From NCBI GenBank assembly GCA_011523305.1, contig WTHB01000152.1, positions 100,270 to 164,269 of the forward strand: a stretch of DNA of 64,000 nt. Reading direction: 5' to 3'. The stretch is from Planctomycetaceae bacterium. Its GTDB lineage: Bacteria > Planctomycetota > Planctomycetia > Pirellulales > UBA1268. Below are positions 39,205-49,336 of the stretch, one piece after another. The notes below the pieces were generated by a model, which was given only the letters and a program-made list of their open reading frames with translations, had not been told where the DNA came from and did not search any database. A program made the translations under genes and the position numbers. Position 1 is the stretch's first letter. Every line of letters starts with the position of its first letter.

Positions 39205-39333
39205 GGCGAGATCCTCACGGCTCGAGTAATGCCCTGACCCTACTTCGGGATGCAAGAGCAGGCAACCAAGAGCCAGCCCGGATCGGTGCCAGTCAATGTT
39301 CCATCCGCATCAAAATTCGCTGCAGATTCTTTT

Positions 39334-40938
39334 TTACCCGGCCAGGAACTGACTATTTCCCAAGGTCTTTTCTCCAACCCTCGATGGCGGCGACTTCCGG
39401 TAAGTCTCTTTCTTAACGGGTGCCTTAGAGCGATCACTCTCCTTCGGTCCGAAGTTCTTATTCACAATGGGAAAATGAGCATTCTGACGCCTCAGTTCAC
39501 TCATCAGGGCATCGTCCAGTTTCTTAAAGAGGGCTGGTTCTTTTTGGGAAAGGTCTTTTGCTTCACCGATATCCTCTCTCAAGTCATGCAGGGCCCCTCC
39601 GCCTTCAAAAAGCTTCACCAGTTTGTAGGTACCTGCCCGAATGGCTGCGCTTGAGGTTAAACCCTCTCCTGCCTGCACATAGTGCGGCATGAACCAGGTA
39701 AGCTGACGACGACCTATCGTACCGCCCTTCAACACCGACGTCAGGTCGGTCCCGTCAACAGGGTTGTCCTTCCCGACCGTGATCCCTGCCATGGAAAGGA
39801 TGGTCGGAAAGAAATCCGTGGAGATCATAGGAGTGCTGGAAATCTGCTCCTCCCTTATGCTGCCTTTCCAACTAAAGATACAGGGCACCCGAATGCCTCC
39901 TTCCCACAACAACCCCTTTTCTCCCCTAAGGGGATGCATGGAAGTCACTTTGAACTTGCCCCCTCCACCCCGCGCCTGTGCCATAACCTTGCCACCGTTG
40001 TCGGAGAAGAAGATGAACACCGTAGTCTCATCCAGCCCTAGTTCATTAACTTTGGCCACCAGTCTGCCCACACTGTCATCAAGGCTTTTGATCATTCCCG
40101 CATACACCGAATTGTCGTGTGGTGCTCCCGGCTTTCTCTTGCCCTCAAAATATTCCGCATACTCCTCTTTCGATTCCCAGGGGCCGTGAACGGCGTAATG
40201 GGACAGGTAAAGGCAGAATGGTTCCTGGCTGTGCTTTTCGATGAAGGCTAAAGCCTTATCTGTAAGCCGATCGGTTAGATATTCCTGCTCTGATAAAGGG
40301 GTTACACCTTCCAGTACATATTTCCCATTCCTGTAGGGGCCGTGATAGCTTGGTGGAAAGCCCTTCGCTGAGATGGCAAAAGTGTGGTCAAAGCCCTGTC
40401 TGTCTGGAAACTGGTTACGGTCTGGTCCCAAATGCCATTTGCCGATAAAGCTGGTCGCGTACCCCTTTTCTTTGAGGCGTTCGGCAAATGTAATCCGTTC
40501 CAACGGGAATTGCCCGAGCTGTTTGGGGATCGTCAGAGGATAAGTCTTCGTGAACTTGTGCTGAGCTTCGTCTTTCCAGGAGCGATAGTCATAACAATTG
40601 CCAGCTTCTTCCTTGCTCTCGGGCGTCACGCCATGAAGGTGCTGTCTCGCCGGCGCCCAACCCGAAAGAATGCTGGCCCTGGTGGCTGAACACAGCGGTG
40701 CAGCGGCGTAGGCATCAGTAAATCGCATGCCGGATTTGGCAAGCTTGTCGATGTGAGGCGTCTCGTAGAATGTGCTTCCATAACAACCCAGATCCTTCCA
40801 TCCAAGATCGTCGGCAAGGATGAATACGATATTCGGCTTGGGCTCCGGTTCTGCTGCAGCCAAAGCCGGCAGACTCCCGGCCGCTACCAGCGTTGCCGCC
40901 ATGCACACAGTCCCCACAAAGTCGCGACGACGAATCAT
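39334..40938 (-). CDS. Sulfatase (arylsulfatase A-like) with Tat-type signal
   Basis: MIRRRDFVG...LPALAAA signal. PNIVFILADDLGWKDLGCYG, APLCSATRASILSG (CxAxR) and GKWHLG. Confidence 0.9.
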   Translation of the reverse strand: MIRRRDFVGTVCMAATLVAAGSLPALAAAEPEPKPNIVFILADDLGWKDLGCYGSTFYETPHIDKLAKSGMRFTDAYAAAPLCSATRASILSGWAPARQHLHGVTPESKEEAGNCYDYRSWKDEAQHKFTKTYPLTIPKQLGQFPLERITFAERLKEKGYATSFIGKWHLGPDRNQFPDRQGFDHTFAISAKGFPPSYHGPYRNGKYVLEGVTPLSEQEYLTDRLTDKALAFIEKHSQEPFCLYLSHYAVHGPWESKEEYAEYFEGKRKPGAPHDNSVYAGMIKSLDDSVGRLVAKVNELGLDETTVFIFFSDNGGKVMAQARGGGGKFKVTSMHPLRGEKGLLWEGGIRVPCIFSWKGSIREEQISSTPMISTDFFPTILSMAGITVGKDNPVDGTDLTSVLKGGTIGRRQLTWFMPHYVQAGEGLTSSAAIRAGTYKLVKLFEGGGALHDLREDIGEAKDLSQKEPALFKKLDDALMSELRRQNAHFPIVNKNFGPKESDRSKAPVKKETYRKSPPSRVGEKTLGNSQFLAG

Positions 40939-42407
40939 CAGTGCTCCTTCGCTGTTTTCTTCCCACGCTTCTGCCTGAGTTCTGTATAAGGCTCCGCGTT
41001 CACATCTTTGAGGTACCTGTCAAGAATGGCATGCATTTGTTTAGCCTTCTCCGGCATTTGTTTCGCAAGATCGTTCTGCTCTGATAGATCCTGTGAGAGG
41101 TCATACAACTCATGTACATTCTTCCGCCAATCGACCACCAGCTTTAGATTTCCCTCACGATAGGCAGAATAGCCCCGTTGCGGGCGATGAAAGACAAGTC
41201 CGGGTAGCGGCCGCTTGACTTTCCCCTTGCCCTCATTCTCGAGGACCTTTCGCATGCTCCCGCCGTCAATCGATTTGGACACGACTTCCCCACCCCCAGC
41301 CAAATCGACAAACGTGGGGAGCAGATCGTATTGCACAACCGGCACATCGGAAGCACTCCCAGCCGCAACACCCGGTCCCCTGACGATGAATGGCACTCGT
41401 ATACCACCCTCATACAACGACTGCTTCGCGGCACGGAGCGGATAGTTGACAGGAAGTCTGTCGCCCGGTTTGGGAACGGTATCCCCTGTCGCATGCAGCA
41501 TGTTCTGGTAGAGCTCGTTCTGCTGTTCATGCGGCGCACCGCCATTGTCGGAACTGAGAACGATATAGGTGTTATCCTCTAAACCGAGGTCCTTTACCTT
41601 GTCGAGCAGAATACCGACACCAGTATCAAGATCATCCAGCATCGCCGCGAACTCGGGCGGAAAGTCCCGAGGTGGTACGCCCTTCTTCATGTACTTCTCG
41701 ATTGTCTCCGCACGTGATCTCACCTGGTAATGCGGCGCGTAGTGACTGATCTGCATGAAGAATGGACGCGTTTCTCGGACCGCTCTCTCCAGAAATTCCG
41801 TCGCTCGCTTTGTCATGCTAAAGATGAGCTTCGGGTCCTTGTCCGGCTGTTCAGCGACAACTGGTTTCCGGGAGCCGTCTTCCCTGGACATGCCGCCGCC
41901 GGTGTTGTTTCCTGTCTCCCCGTCGCTCACATCGTAACCGGCGAACCTGGGATCCGGTATCAACTCGCCCCACTTTCCAAAATGTGCACACAGATATGAC
42001 GCATCAATAGCCTTAAGCGCCTTCGGTATCGTCGGATGATCACGAGGATCGAAGCTCTCCTTGGGATTCGTTGGAAACTCTGTTCCCCGCAATCGCGATG
42101 GAGTCTGACCACAGAGCACGCTACGTCGTGTCGGGGTACAGATCGGGGCGGGAGCGTAGCCACTCGTAAAACGCATGCCGGCCTCCGCAAGCCGCCGCAT
42201 ATTCGGCGTTTCGAAATAGGAACAGAACGAATCTGGCGTATTCCTGTCCATCTGGAACGACGTTTCCGACCATCCCTGGTCATCCGTCAGGATAAAGATA
42301 AAGTTTGGCCGCTTGATTCCCGATTCAGCTGCAGCAGCAAGAGATGCCGACGACAAACCTGCCGTTGCCGCCAATCCAATGACTATGATGATGTTGCGTC
42401 TTTTCAT
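40938..42407 (-). CDS. Sulfatase, secreted
   Basis: The ATG at 42407 is preceded by GGGAGGAG; the track start at 42425 is GTG. PNFIFILTDDQGW, APICTPTRRSVLCG (CxPxR) and HFGKWG. Its stop shares one nucleotide with the next gene's start. Confidence 0.9.
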   Translation of the reverse strand: MKRRNIIIVIGLAATAGLSSASLAAAAESGIKRPNFIFILTDDQGWSETSFQMDRNTPDSFCSYFETPNMRRLAEAGMRFTSGYAPAPICTPTRRSVLCGQTPSRLRGTEFPTNPKESFDPRDHPTIPKALKAIDASYLCAHFGKWGELIPDPRFAGYDVSDGETGNNTGGGMSREDGSRKPVVAEQPDKDPKLIFSMTKRATEFLERAVRETRPFFMQISHYAPHYQVRSRAETIEKYMKKGVPPRDFPPEFAAMLDDLDTGVGILLDKVKDLGLEDNTYIVLSSDNGGAPHEQQNELYQNMLHATGDTVPKPGDRLPVNYPLRAAKQSLYEGGIRVPFIVRGPGVAAGSASDVPVVQYDLLPTFVDLAGGGEVVSKSIDGGSMRKVLENEGKGKVKRPLPGLVFHRPQRGYSAYREGNLKLVVDWRKNVHELYDLSQDLSEQNDLAKQMPEKAKQMHAILDRYLKDVNAEPYTELRQKRGKKTAKEH

Positions 42408-42580
42408 CCGTTTCTCCTCCCTCACGTACAGGGACTAGTAGGATAGGACTATCAACGGCACGTTCCAAACGTCGCGACCAAAATAAAGATGCCGCGGGAT
42501 CTGCTCCTGAGAAGACGCTGGCGCAATGACAGCAGCTTTGCTTTTGCAGCACCCCCAAACAAGATCGGGGGAGTCGCGTC

Positions 42581-44899
42581 GTGTCTCAAAACAATCTGAA
42601 GGACTCTATGTATTGCAGCCCTTGGTCGGTGTTTGCCGCTGGACTGACCGCTGCCTTTCTGTGTAGGCAAGCCGCAGCCGCTGAATTACCGATGCCGGCT
42701 CTCCAAAGTAAAGCTTCGTGGCACCTGCCCGGAAATGAACGGGCAGCACCGCTTCAGTCCGATACACCCGTGATTGGGGAGGTGCTGGTGCCCGCGCTAA
42801 CCACCAAGGAGGTCTCGGCCGAAGGGGAATGGCGAGGCATCCTCAGCATCGATGTTTTCGGTACGGCGGATGGTGCTCGCGGGGACATTCAGATTGAAGC
42901 CTTTGATCTGGCTACCGATCAGGTGTTTGCCACGACCCAAGCTGTCATCGAAGGCAAACGTGCGCCGCGAGCGAAATGGGTTGTGATTGCTTCATCGGCA
43001 CATGGTGGAGCCGCGGCGGCCAGCGCGTTTGACGGTGATCGGACGACAGACTGGCACACTCGATACGGGAAGAATCGAGCCGAACCACCCCACTGGAACG
43101 GACTGGCCTTTTCCGAACCGCGGCTCTTAAAAGGCGTACGAGTGCTGCCTCGCCAAGGCGGTTTCACCAATGGCGTGCCCCGTGCATGGAAGCTTGAGGT
43201 TTTGAAGAAAGACACTCGCTGGCAGCGGGTGGATAGTGGTGAAACTGACCGTGCTAGCGTTGCCGACCGGCGGGAGGCCTTCGACATTCAACTGACGAAG
43301 CCACGCCCGGTCATGGGCTTTCGCTTTGTGATCGAGAAGGATTGGAGTGGTGGGGGATTCGGCACCGCTGCGGAGGTGACACCACTCGGATTGACGCTTG
43401 AGCAACCCGAAGACCCCGTGCTGGCGAAGACGCGGGCCTGGCTTGAGATTCCTCCAGCACGGATGGCACAACTGGCCGGCACCTCGTTTGGAATCCGTCT
43501 GACTGGAACGGCGGGCCAGGTGGTCGTGGGGATCCCACAGTGGTGCCGAGTCAATACCCAGCCAAGCAAGAAGCTTTTTGGACGGTCCAACGGGGGCCTC
43601 GGCCCAGACAAACTCGGAGCGGGCCTCCTCGGCTTCACCGCCTTAACCGAACAAAACCAGACCGTGCTGACCGTGATCAGCGTGGAGCGAGGTGGCCCAG
43701 CTGAGCAGGCTGGCCTCTTGGCCGGGGACGCCATTGTCTCGGTTGATCAGCGGCCCTTGCCAGTCAATGACCTCAACCCAGGCTGGAAATGGTTTCATCA
43801 GAGCCACGAAGCAAGGCTGGGGCGGGCTAGCGAAGCGGCACTGGCTGCTGGACGGACAACTCTCACGCTTGGTGTGCTGCGCAATGGAAAGGTGATGAAC
43901 CTCCCAATTCACCTCCGCCGCACTGCCGCCTTTACGACACTTTTCCCAGAAGATGACCCCCAGGCCGCTGCATTGCTCGCCGACTTGATCACGTGGCTTG
44001 AGGAAAATCAACGCGAAGACGGCTCGTGGTCCGGAGACATCAAACGGACGACATTCGCCGCATTAGCCCTGTTGGCCACCGAGAAGAAACCGCACGAGCG
44101 ACGCGTCCGCAAAGCAATTCAATGGGCCCTCGACAAGTTCGACACGCCGGAAAAACACGGCAACCTCGGCTTCTGGGGCGGAAGTTACATGGGCATCTTG
44201 TATGCCGAGTGGTATCTCCGCACCAACGACGAACGCGTCCTCCCTCACCTTGAAGCCATGCGCGACTGGGCGTACGAGGGCCAGCACCCGAGCATCTGGG
44301 CCGTGCCAGCTTTGGGTCACGGACCAAGCGGCCTGCCGTACGGCCAAAAGTCTTTGGTGGCACCAGCCTGTCACCTGCTCGTCTTTGAGTCACTCGCGAA
44401 ACGCTGTGGCATGAAAAGCAAACTGTGGGAACTGCTGATGCCCTACATGGAACTCGCCTGGTCGGACCCCAAAGACGGCGGCCATGGAGCCTTGGGCTAC
44501 AACAAATCTTACAAGGATCTGCAGGAGTTCTGGTCACGGTCGGGCCTCTTTGCTATGGCTTGCTGCTTGCGCAACGACCGGCCTGACATACAAATCGCAC
44601 TGACAACATTCATGCGTGAGCGGCACCCGTGGCTGAGAAACAGCCACGCCTACGGCGAACCGGGCGGTGGGCTTGGGCTGCTGAGCCTCCAACTCGTTTC
44701 ACCAGACGCATACGCGGAGATTCTTCCCGAATACGCCTGGTGGTTTTCACTGGCATGGAAGCCTGGTGAGGGCCTGAAATTCACACAGCCCCACATGGGT
44801 GCTCCGTATATGGGCGAGGATGACTTGCTGAATTGTGTATACGCACTCGTTCTTCAGTCGCCAAAACGCAATCTCCACCTGACCGGAAAGAACCCATGA
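42581..44899 (+). CDS. Secreted multidomain protein: F5/8 type C (discoidin) + PDZ + C-terminal alpha/alpha-toroid (prenyltransferase/terpene-cyclase-like) region
   Basis: Signal peptide present (GTG 42581 or ATG 42608). AFDGDRTTDWHTRYG...HWNGLAFSEPRLLKGVRVLPRQGG is discoidin-like. GGPAEQAGLLAGDAIVSVD is PDZ-like. EENQREDGSWSG plus helical repeats form the C-terminal half. Confidence 0.75.
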   Translation: MSQNNLKDSMYCSPWSVFAAGLTAAFLCRQAAAAELPMPALQSKASWHLPGNERAAPLQSDTPVIGEVLVPALTTKEVSAEGEWRGILSIDVFGTADGARGDIQIEAFDLATDQVFATTQAVIEGKRAPRAKWVVIASSAHGGAAAASAFDGDRTTDWHTRYGKNRAEPPHWNGLAFSEPRLLKGVRVLPRQGGFTNGVPRAWKLEVLKKDTRWQRVDSGETDRASVADRREAFDIQLTKPRPVMGFRFVIEKDWSGGGFGTAAEVTPLGLTLEQPEDPVLAKTRAWLEIPPARMAQLAGTSFGIRLTGTAGQVVVGIPQWCRVNTQPSKKLFGRSNGGLGPDKLGAGLLGFTALTEQNQTVLTVISVERGGPAEQAGLLAGDAIVSVDQRPLPVNDLNPGWKWFHQSHEARLGRASEAALAAGRTTLTLGVLRNGKVMNLPIHLRRTAAFTTLFPEDDPQAAALLADLITWLEENQREDGSWSGDIKRTTFAALALLATEKKPHERRVRKAIQWALDKFDTPEKHGNLGFWGGSYMGILYAEWYLRTNDERVLPHLEAMRDWAYEGQHPSIWAVPALGHGPSGLPYGQKSLVAPACHLLVFESLAKRCGMKSKLWELLMPYMELAWSDPKDGGHGALGYNKSYKDLQEFWSRSGLFAMACCLRNDRPDIQIALTTFMRERHPWLRNSHAYGEPGGGLGLLSLQLVSPDAYAEILPEYAWWFSLAWKPGEGLKFTQPHMGAPYMGEDDLLNCVYALVLQSPKRNLHLTGKNP

Positions 44900-44923
44900 C
44901 ACAGACACCCAAGACGGTCCCTG

Positions 44924-45235
44924 GTGGTTTTCGATCCGGTTGAAGATGCCTACAAACACGTGCTGACGTGTCTCGTCGTCACCATGTTGACCGGGCTAAC
45001 GGCACCGTGGAGTACTGCCGCCGAACCGACGCCCCCGCTGAGTCGGAGCTACACCATCTCGATGGTCGACCTGAATCAGCAGGTGAACCATTTCGTGACA
45101 GTAGCCCGCGAACCGGGACAATGCCTCTGCCATCCATCAACCGTCCTCTTTGCTGATGGCAGAACCATGCTTGCTGCCTTCGCTACGGCTCATGGCAAGG
45201 GTGACCTCCGCCTGCGTCACTGCCAGGGGCGTTGA
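44924..45235 (+). pseudogene. Possible 5' remnant of a BNR/sialidase-like gene (about 100 codons, then unrelated sequence)
   Basis: The signal-like N-terminus plus VTVAREPGQCLCHPSTVLFADGRTMLAAFATAHGKG resembles, from memory, the start of planctomycete/verrucomicrobial BNR-type exo-sialidase-like proteins. The frame stops at 45235 and no frame continues the similarity up to 45465. Confidence 0.3.
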
Positions 45236-45465
45236 CCGGTGAACGCCACATCGCCCAATTCAGCTTCGATGGTCGTCTCCTTTTCTGCTTTCGGGATTAC
45301 AGCACGTCGCGTCTACACGGGTGCTCTCAAACGCCCCTCCTCCGACTTACCAGGCTTCCCAGGCTTCTCGCGAGTCGTGAATGCTGCCTCCCCGCAATTG
45401 CTTGGCTGCAAGCAACCGGCTAGGGTCTCCGGCGTTTCTGCCCTGTTCTCCGGTAGTCTGCTCTT

Positions 45466-46644
45466 GTGTCCATCCGACCGTTGCTGCTGAGGATTCTCTT
45501 CGCTGGCTGGCTGGCTACCGCCGCAGCGATCCCAATCTGGGCTCAGGAATTGGTCTGGGTCCCACCGGTGACAGCTCCTCACGCTCAATCGGTGCCTGCT
45601 GGTCACGTGAGCCCGTGGACGCCGTACCGTGACGGTGAGCAGCGCATTGAGTTGCTGCCGCCAGTCGAGTTCAACCTCGAGCAAGACAGCTTCGCCAGTG
45701 AGCCGATCGCCGACCTCGACCCCGTCACGCCCGGACAGAGCCCTCGGAAAAAGTCAAGCTTTGGCCGAGCCGCCCCGGTCAGTCTGGGCGGCTTCTGGGC
45801 ACCCAACACCCCCATCGTCGGCCAGCCAACCAACCTCCAGATGAATGCCCAGTTCGCCCGGGTCGCCATGCCACTCGGCATTCCCGAGGAAGGCAAACCG
45901 CTCTGGCTGGCGATCGCCAAGTTCGGCCGCCTCGAACTGGCCACGGATGCAATCCTGCCTGACTCAGGCCAGCGGGTTCCGGGACAGTTCTGGCTGGTCG
46001 AGACGGGCGTCACACACATTCACCCACTTGCGTCGGGCAGCACCCTCGGCGGCACGTTCCTGTTCGGCTCCGCCAGCGACAAGCCATTCCATGCGGGCCG
46101 CGACCTCACGCTGATGGCCATCCTGTTTGCGACCGTCCCGGCTCGCAACAACCGCGACGACTGGAGCTTCAGCCTGTTCTATTCCCCCACCTCGCAGCTG
46201 CCCTATCCGTTGCCGGGGGTTGCCTATGTCTGGAAGCCAGACGACACCTTCGAAGCCAAGGTCGGTCTGCCGGCAGGCCTTGAGTGGCGACCAAGTGATG
46301 ACTGGGAGGTCAGCTTCAACTACTTTCCCTTGGTCAACGTCAACGCCATGGTCAGGCGGCGGCTTGCTGAGCAGCTCTGGCTATTTGGCGGCTACCGCAC
46401 AGACACGCAGATCTACTTCCTCGCCGACCGCACCATTGAGAAGGAGCGGTTCTACGTCTTCGACCAGCGAGCGGGCGTCGGCCTTGAGCAGCAGCTTGGC
46501 AGCGGCTTCAGCCTCGAATTCCTTGCGTCGTACCTCTTCGACCGGGAACTCTTTCAGGGCACCAGCTTCACCTCGGGCCGGACCGACGTGATCGAGTTCG
46601 ATCCCGGTCTCGGCCTCTCGCTGCAGCTGCTCTGGCGGCGGTAG
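45466..46644 (+). CDS. Hypothetical secreted protein, possibly outer-membrane beta-barrel
   Basis: GTG start. Signal is LLLRILFAGWLATAAAIPIWAQE. Alternating hydrophobic strands run through the C-terminal two thirds. No family was recognised. Confidence 0.6.
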   Translation: MSIRPLLLRILFAGWLATAAAIPIWAQELVWVPPVTAPHAQSVPAGHVSPWTPYRDGEQRIELLPPVEFNLEQDSFASEPIADLDPVTPGQSPRKKSSFGRAAPVSLGGFWAPNTPIVGQPTNLQMNAQFARVAMPLGIPEEGKPLWLAIAKFGRLELATDAILPDSGQRVPGQFWLVETGVTHIHPLASGSTLGGTFLFGSASDKPFHAGRDLTLMAILFATVPARNNRDDWSFSLFYSPTSQLPYPLPGVAYVWKPDDTFEAKVGLPAGLEWRPSDDWEVSFNYFPLVNVNAMVRRRLAEQLWLFGGYRTDTQIYFLADRTIEKERFYVFDQRAGVGLEQQLGSGFSLEFLASYLFDRELFQGTSFTSGRTDVIEFDPGLGLSLQLLWRR

Positions 46645-46666
46645 CCGCTCGCGGTCACCCTGTTGG

Positions 46667-48208
46667 CTACTCGTAGTCCCACTTCGTGATCCACGGGTCA
46701 CCAAACGTGTGCTGCAGGGCTTTGAGTTTTTGCTGATACCGCAGCAGCGTCGCGGCATGCGCGGGATCACCGGCAAGGTTGTCGGCTTCGTTCGGGTCGT
46801 TCGTCAGGTTGTAAAGCTCAAATCGAGGCCGCTGGATGTATTCGGCCACGGTCTTCTGGCCGTAGGGAGCATCTAGGCTGAGGCGAAACTGGGCCTGCCA
46901 ACTACTGGCCACCCAAAGGTCAGACGCAAACGGATACGGCAGCGGATGGGCGATGTTCCAGATCATTTTCCACTGCTGATCCCGCACCGCCCGCATCGGG
47001 TAGTACATCTGAATCTCATGGAAGGTGTGCGACGCAAAGTGGGCCTCGCGAATCTCAACCGCTGGATCACCGAGGATCGGCAGCCAGGAACGGCCATGGT
47101 AGACCGACAGGCCCTTTCGGGGACCATGGTTTTCCCGGTTGGCATAGGGTTTGTCCTTCCAATACTCCTGCGGAGCAACCCAGTGCTTCGGTCGCTGTCT
47201 GTCATGGTCGAGTTCGCCCGCAAAGTCGAGCAGGGACGGCGTGATGTCGGTATGGCTGACGAGACTCTTTGTGCGGCTGCCCCGGTCGGCCACATATGGA
47301 TCACGGACGACGAAGGGCACCCGGAGGCCCGGCTCGTAGACCGTGGTCTTGCCGCCGGAAAAAGCCATGCCATGGTCACTGGTAAACAAAATCAGTGTCT
47401 TGTCGTACTGACCTGCCGCCTTGAGAATCGCAACCAGCCGGGCCAGACCCTGATCAATGCGAGCACATGACTGGTAGTACTGGGCTAGTTCACTGCGGGT
47501 CTCAGGCGTGTCGGGCAGAAACGCGGGCACCGGCACATCGGCCGGATCGAAGAAAACCTCTTCCACCCCCTGGTGACTGCCCCGCCCCGGCTTATTGCCG
47601 AACAGGTCGGGCTTGAGGTCGAGCGGCGACGTTTTGTCGATTCCGCCGCCACGGTGTGGGTCACTCGTGGCGAAATAAAGAAAGAACGGCTGCTCGCTGT
47701 CGGCCTCGATCAGCCCCCGGCACGCGTCGGCCATCTGCACGGCATTGCGGGGATTACCGTTGAACACCGTCTCGAAGTGATAGACCTCCTCTGGAGCCAC
47801 GTGATACTTGCCGATCCGGGCCGTGCGATAGCCCGCCCGCGCCAAAGCCCGCGGCAACGACAGGCTGACAACGTCATACCAACTGGCAAACTTGTGAAAC
47901 GCATGCTGATGGCCGTACTGGCCATTGGCATGGTTGTGCAGACCCGACAGGATCACCGACCGACTCGCGGAACAGCTGGCGGTGGTCGCAAAGGCGTTCT
48001 CAAACACCATGCCGTCAGCAGCCAGGGCATCGATTGCCGGCGTGACGGCGACAGGGTCGCCGTAGCAGCCGAGCGTCGGCGATTCATCGTCTGAAATAAA
48101 GACAACGATATTACGGTCAGCCGCTCCTGCCGCGTGCGGCATTCCAACGACACTACCGACCACAACGAGCAAAATCAGACCGGTTTTGATCATTCTCTTC
48201 GGGCTCAT
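46667..48208 (-). CDS. Sulfatase (N-sulfoglucosamine sulfohydrolase-like), secreted
   Basis: The ATG at 48208 gives signal MSPKRMIKTGLILLVVVGSVVGMPHAAGAA. NIVVFISDDESP, ASCSASRSVILSG (CxAxR), IGKYHV and FTSDHGMAF. Confidence 0.9.
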   Translation of the reverse strand: MSPKRMIKTGLILLVVVGSVVGMPHAAGAADRNIVVFISDDESPTLGCYGDPVAVTPAIDALAADGMVFENAFATTASCSASRSVILSGLHNHANGQYGHQHAFHKFASWYDVVSLSLPRALARAGYRTARIGKYHVAPEEVYHFETVFNGNPRNAVQMADACRGLIEADSEQPFFLYFATSDPHRGGGIDKTSPLDLKPDLFGNKPGRGSHQGVEEVFFDPADVPVPAFLPDTPETRSELAQYYQSCARIDQGLARLVAILKAAGQYDKTLILFTSDHGMAFSGGKTTVYEPGLRVPFVVRDPYVADRGSRTKSLVSHTDITPSLLDFAGELDHDRQRPKHWVAPQEYWKDKPYANRENHGPRKGLSVYHGRSWLPILGDPAVEIREAHFASHTFHEIQMYYPMRAVRDQQWKMIWNIAHPLPYPFASDLWVASSWQAQFRLSLDAPYGQKTVAEYIQRPRFELYNLTNDPNEADNLAGDPAHAATLLRYQQKLKALQHTFGDPWITKWDYE

Positions 48209-48424
48209 GCCTTTCCCTTCCTGATCTTGCACCAAGACTCCGGAGTTGCTGCATTCCATCGCCCGGCCCGCGGTGTTCTTGCGCCGCCCAGCGGTCGGGA
48301 TGTGGCCATATCCGACAATTTATTTTAGGCCATTTCACCACTGCCTTCCTGGGCTGGAATTGCCCCGTTTCCCCGGTTTCGCCTAAAGTAAGAAAAACCG
48401 CCGTTTTCACGCCTGCGAGCCCCG

Positions 48425-49336
48425 ATGACCAGCTATTCCCTCACACACCTCCGGCAACTCGAAGCCGAAAGCATTCACATCATCCGAGAGGTGGCTGCCG
48501 AGTTTGACAACCCGGTCATGCTCTACTCTATCGGCAAAGATTCGGCCGTCATGGTCCGTCTGGCTGAGAAGGCCTTTGCCCCGGCCAAGCCCCCCTTCCC
48601 GCTGATGCACGTCGACACGACCTGGAAGTTCCAGGACATGTACGACCTGCGGGACAACTACATCGCCAACGAACTCGGCTTCAAACTGATCGTCCACACA
48701 AATGAAGAGGGCCGGGCTCAGGGCATCAACCCGATCGATCACGGCAGCAAGGTCCACACCGATGTCATGAAGACGCAGGCCCTGCGGCAGGCACTCGACA
48801 AGTATCGGTTCGACGCTGCCTTCGGTGGAGCCCGTCGTGATGAAGAAAAGAGCCGAGCCAAGGAGCGGGTGTTTTCCTTCCGAGATGAGTTTCACCGCTG
48901 GGACCCCAAGAACCAGCGGCCCGAACTCTGGAACCTCTACAACACCAAGGTCAAAAAGAACGAAAGCATCCGAGTCTTTCCGCTCTCCAACTGGACCGAA
49001 CTTGACGTCTGGCAGTACATCCACCTCGAGCAGATTCCGATCGTCCCCCTCTACTTTGCCGCCGAGCGACCCATCGTCTGGCGAGATGGCGTGATGATCA
49101 TGGTGGACGATGATCGGCTGCCACTGAACCCGGGAGAGCAGCCCGAAATGCGGCGGGTTCGTTTCCGCACCCTCGGATGCTACCCGCTCTCTGGCGCCGT
49201 CGATTCCAATGCAACAACCTTACCTGAGATCATCCAGGAAATGCTGCTGACCACCTTCTCCGAACGGCAAGGTCGATTGATCGATGTTGACGAGGCCGGC
49301 TCCATGGAGAAGAAGAAAAAGGAAGGGTATTTCTAG
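48425..49336 (+). CDS. cysD: Sulfate adenylyltransferase subunit 2 (CysD)
   Basis: [31 protein letters not shown] (PP-loop SxGxDS), [24 protein letters not shown] and the C-terminal KKKEGYF. Confidence 0.95.
   Translation: MTSYSLTHLRQLEAESIHIIREVAAEFDNPVMLYSIGKDSAVMVRLAEKAFAPAKPPFPLMHVDTTWKFQDMYDLRDNYIANELGFKLIVHTNEEGRAQGINPIDHGSKVHTDVMKTQALRQALDKYRFDAAFGGARRDEEKSRAKERVFSFRDEFHRWDPKNQRPELWNLYNTKVKKNESIRVFPLSNWTELDVWQYIHLEQIPIVPLYFAAERPIVWRDGVMIMVDDDRLPLNPGEQPEMRRVRFRTLGCYPLSGAVDSNATTLPEIIQEMLLTTFSERQGRLIDVDEAGSMEKKKKEGYF

Noticed and set aside
45350-45367. Tandem 9-bp duplication CCAGGCTTC x2, checked as a possible repeat array seed
   Set aside because: There are only two units and no spacers, and nothing in the window resembles a CRISPR or VNTR array.
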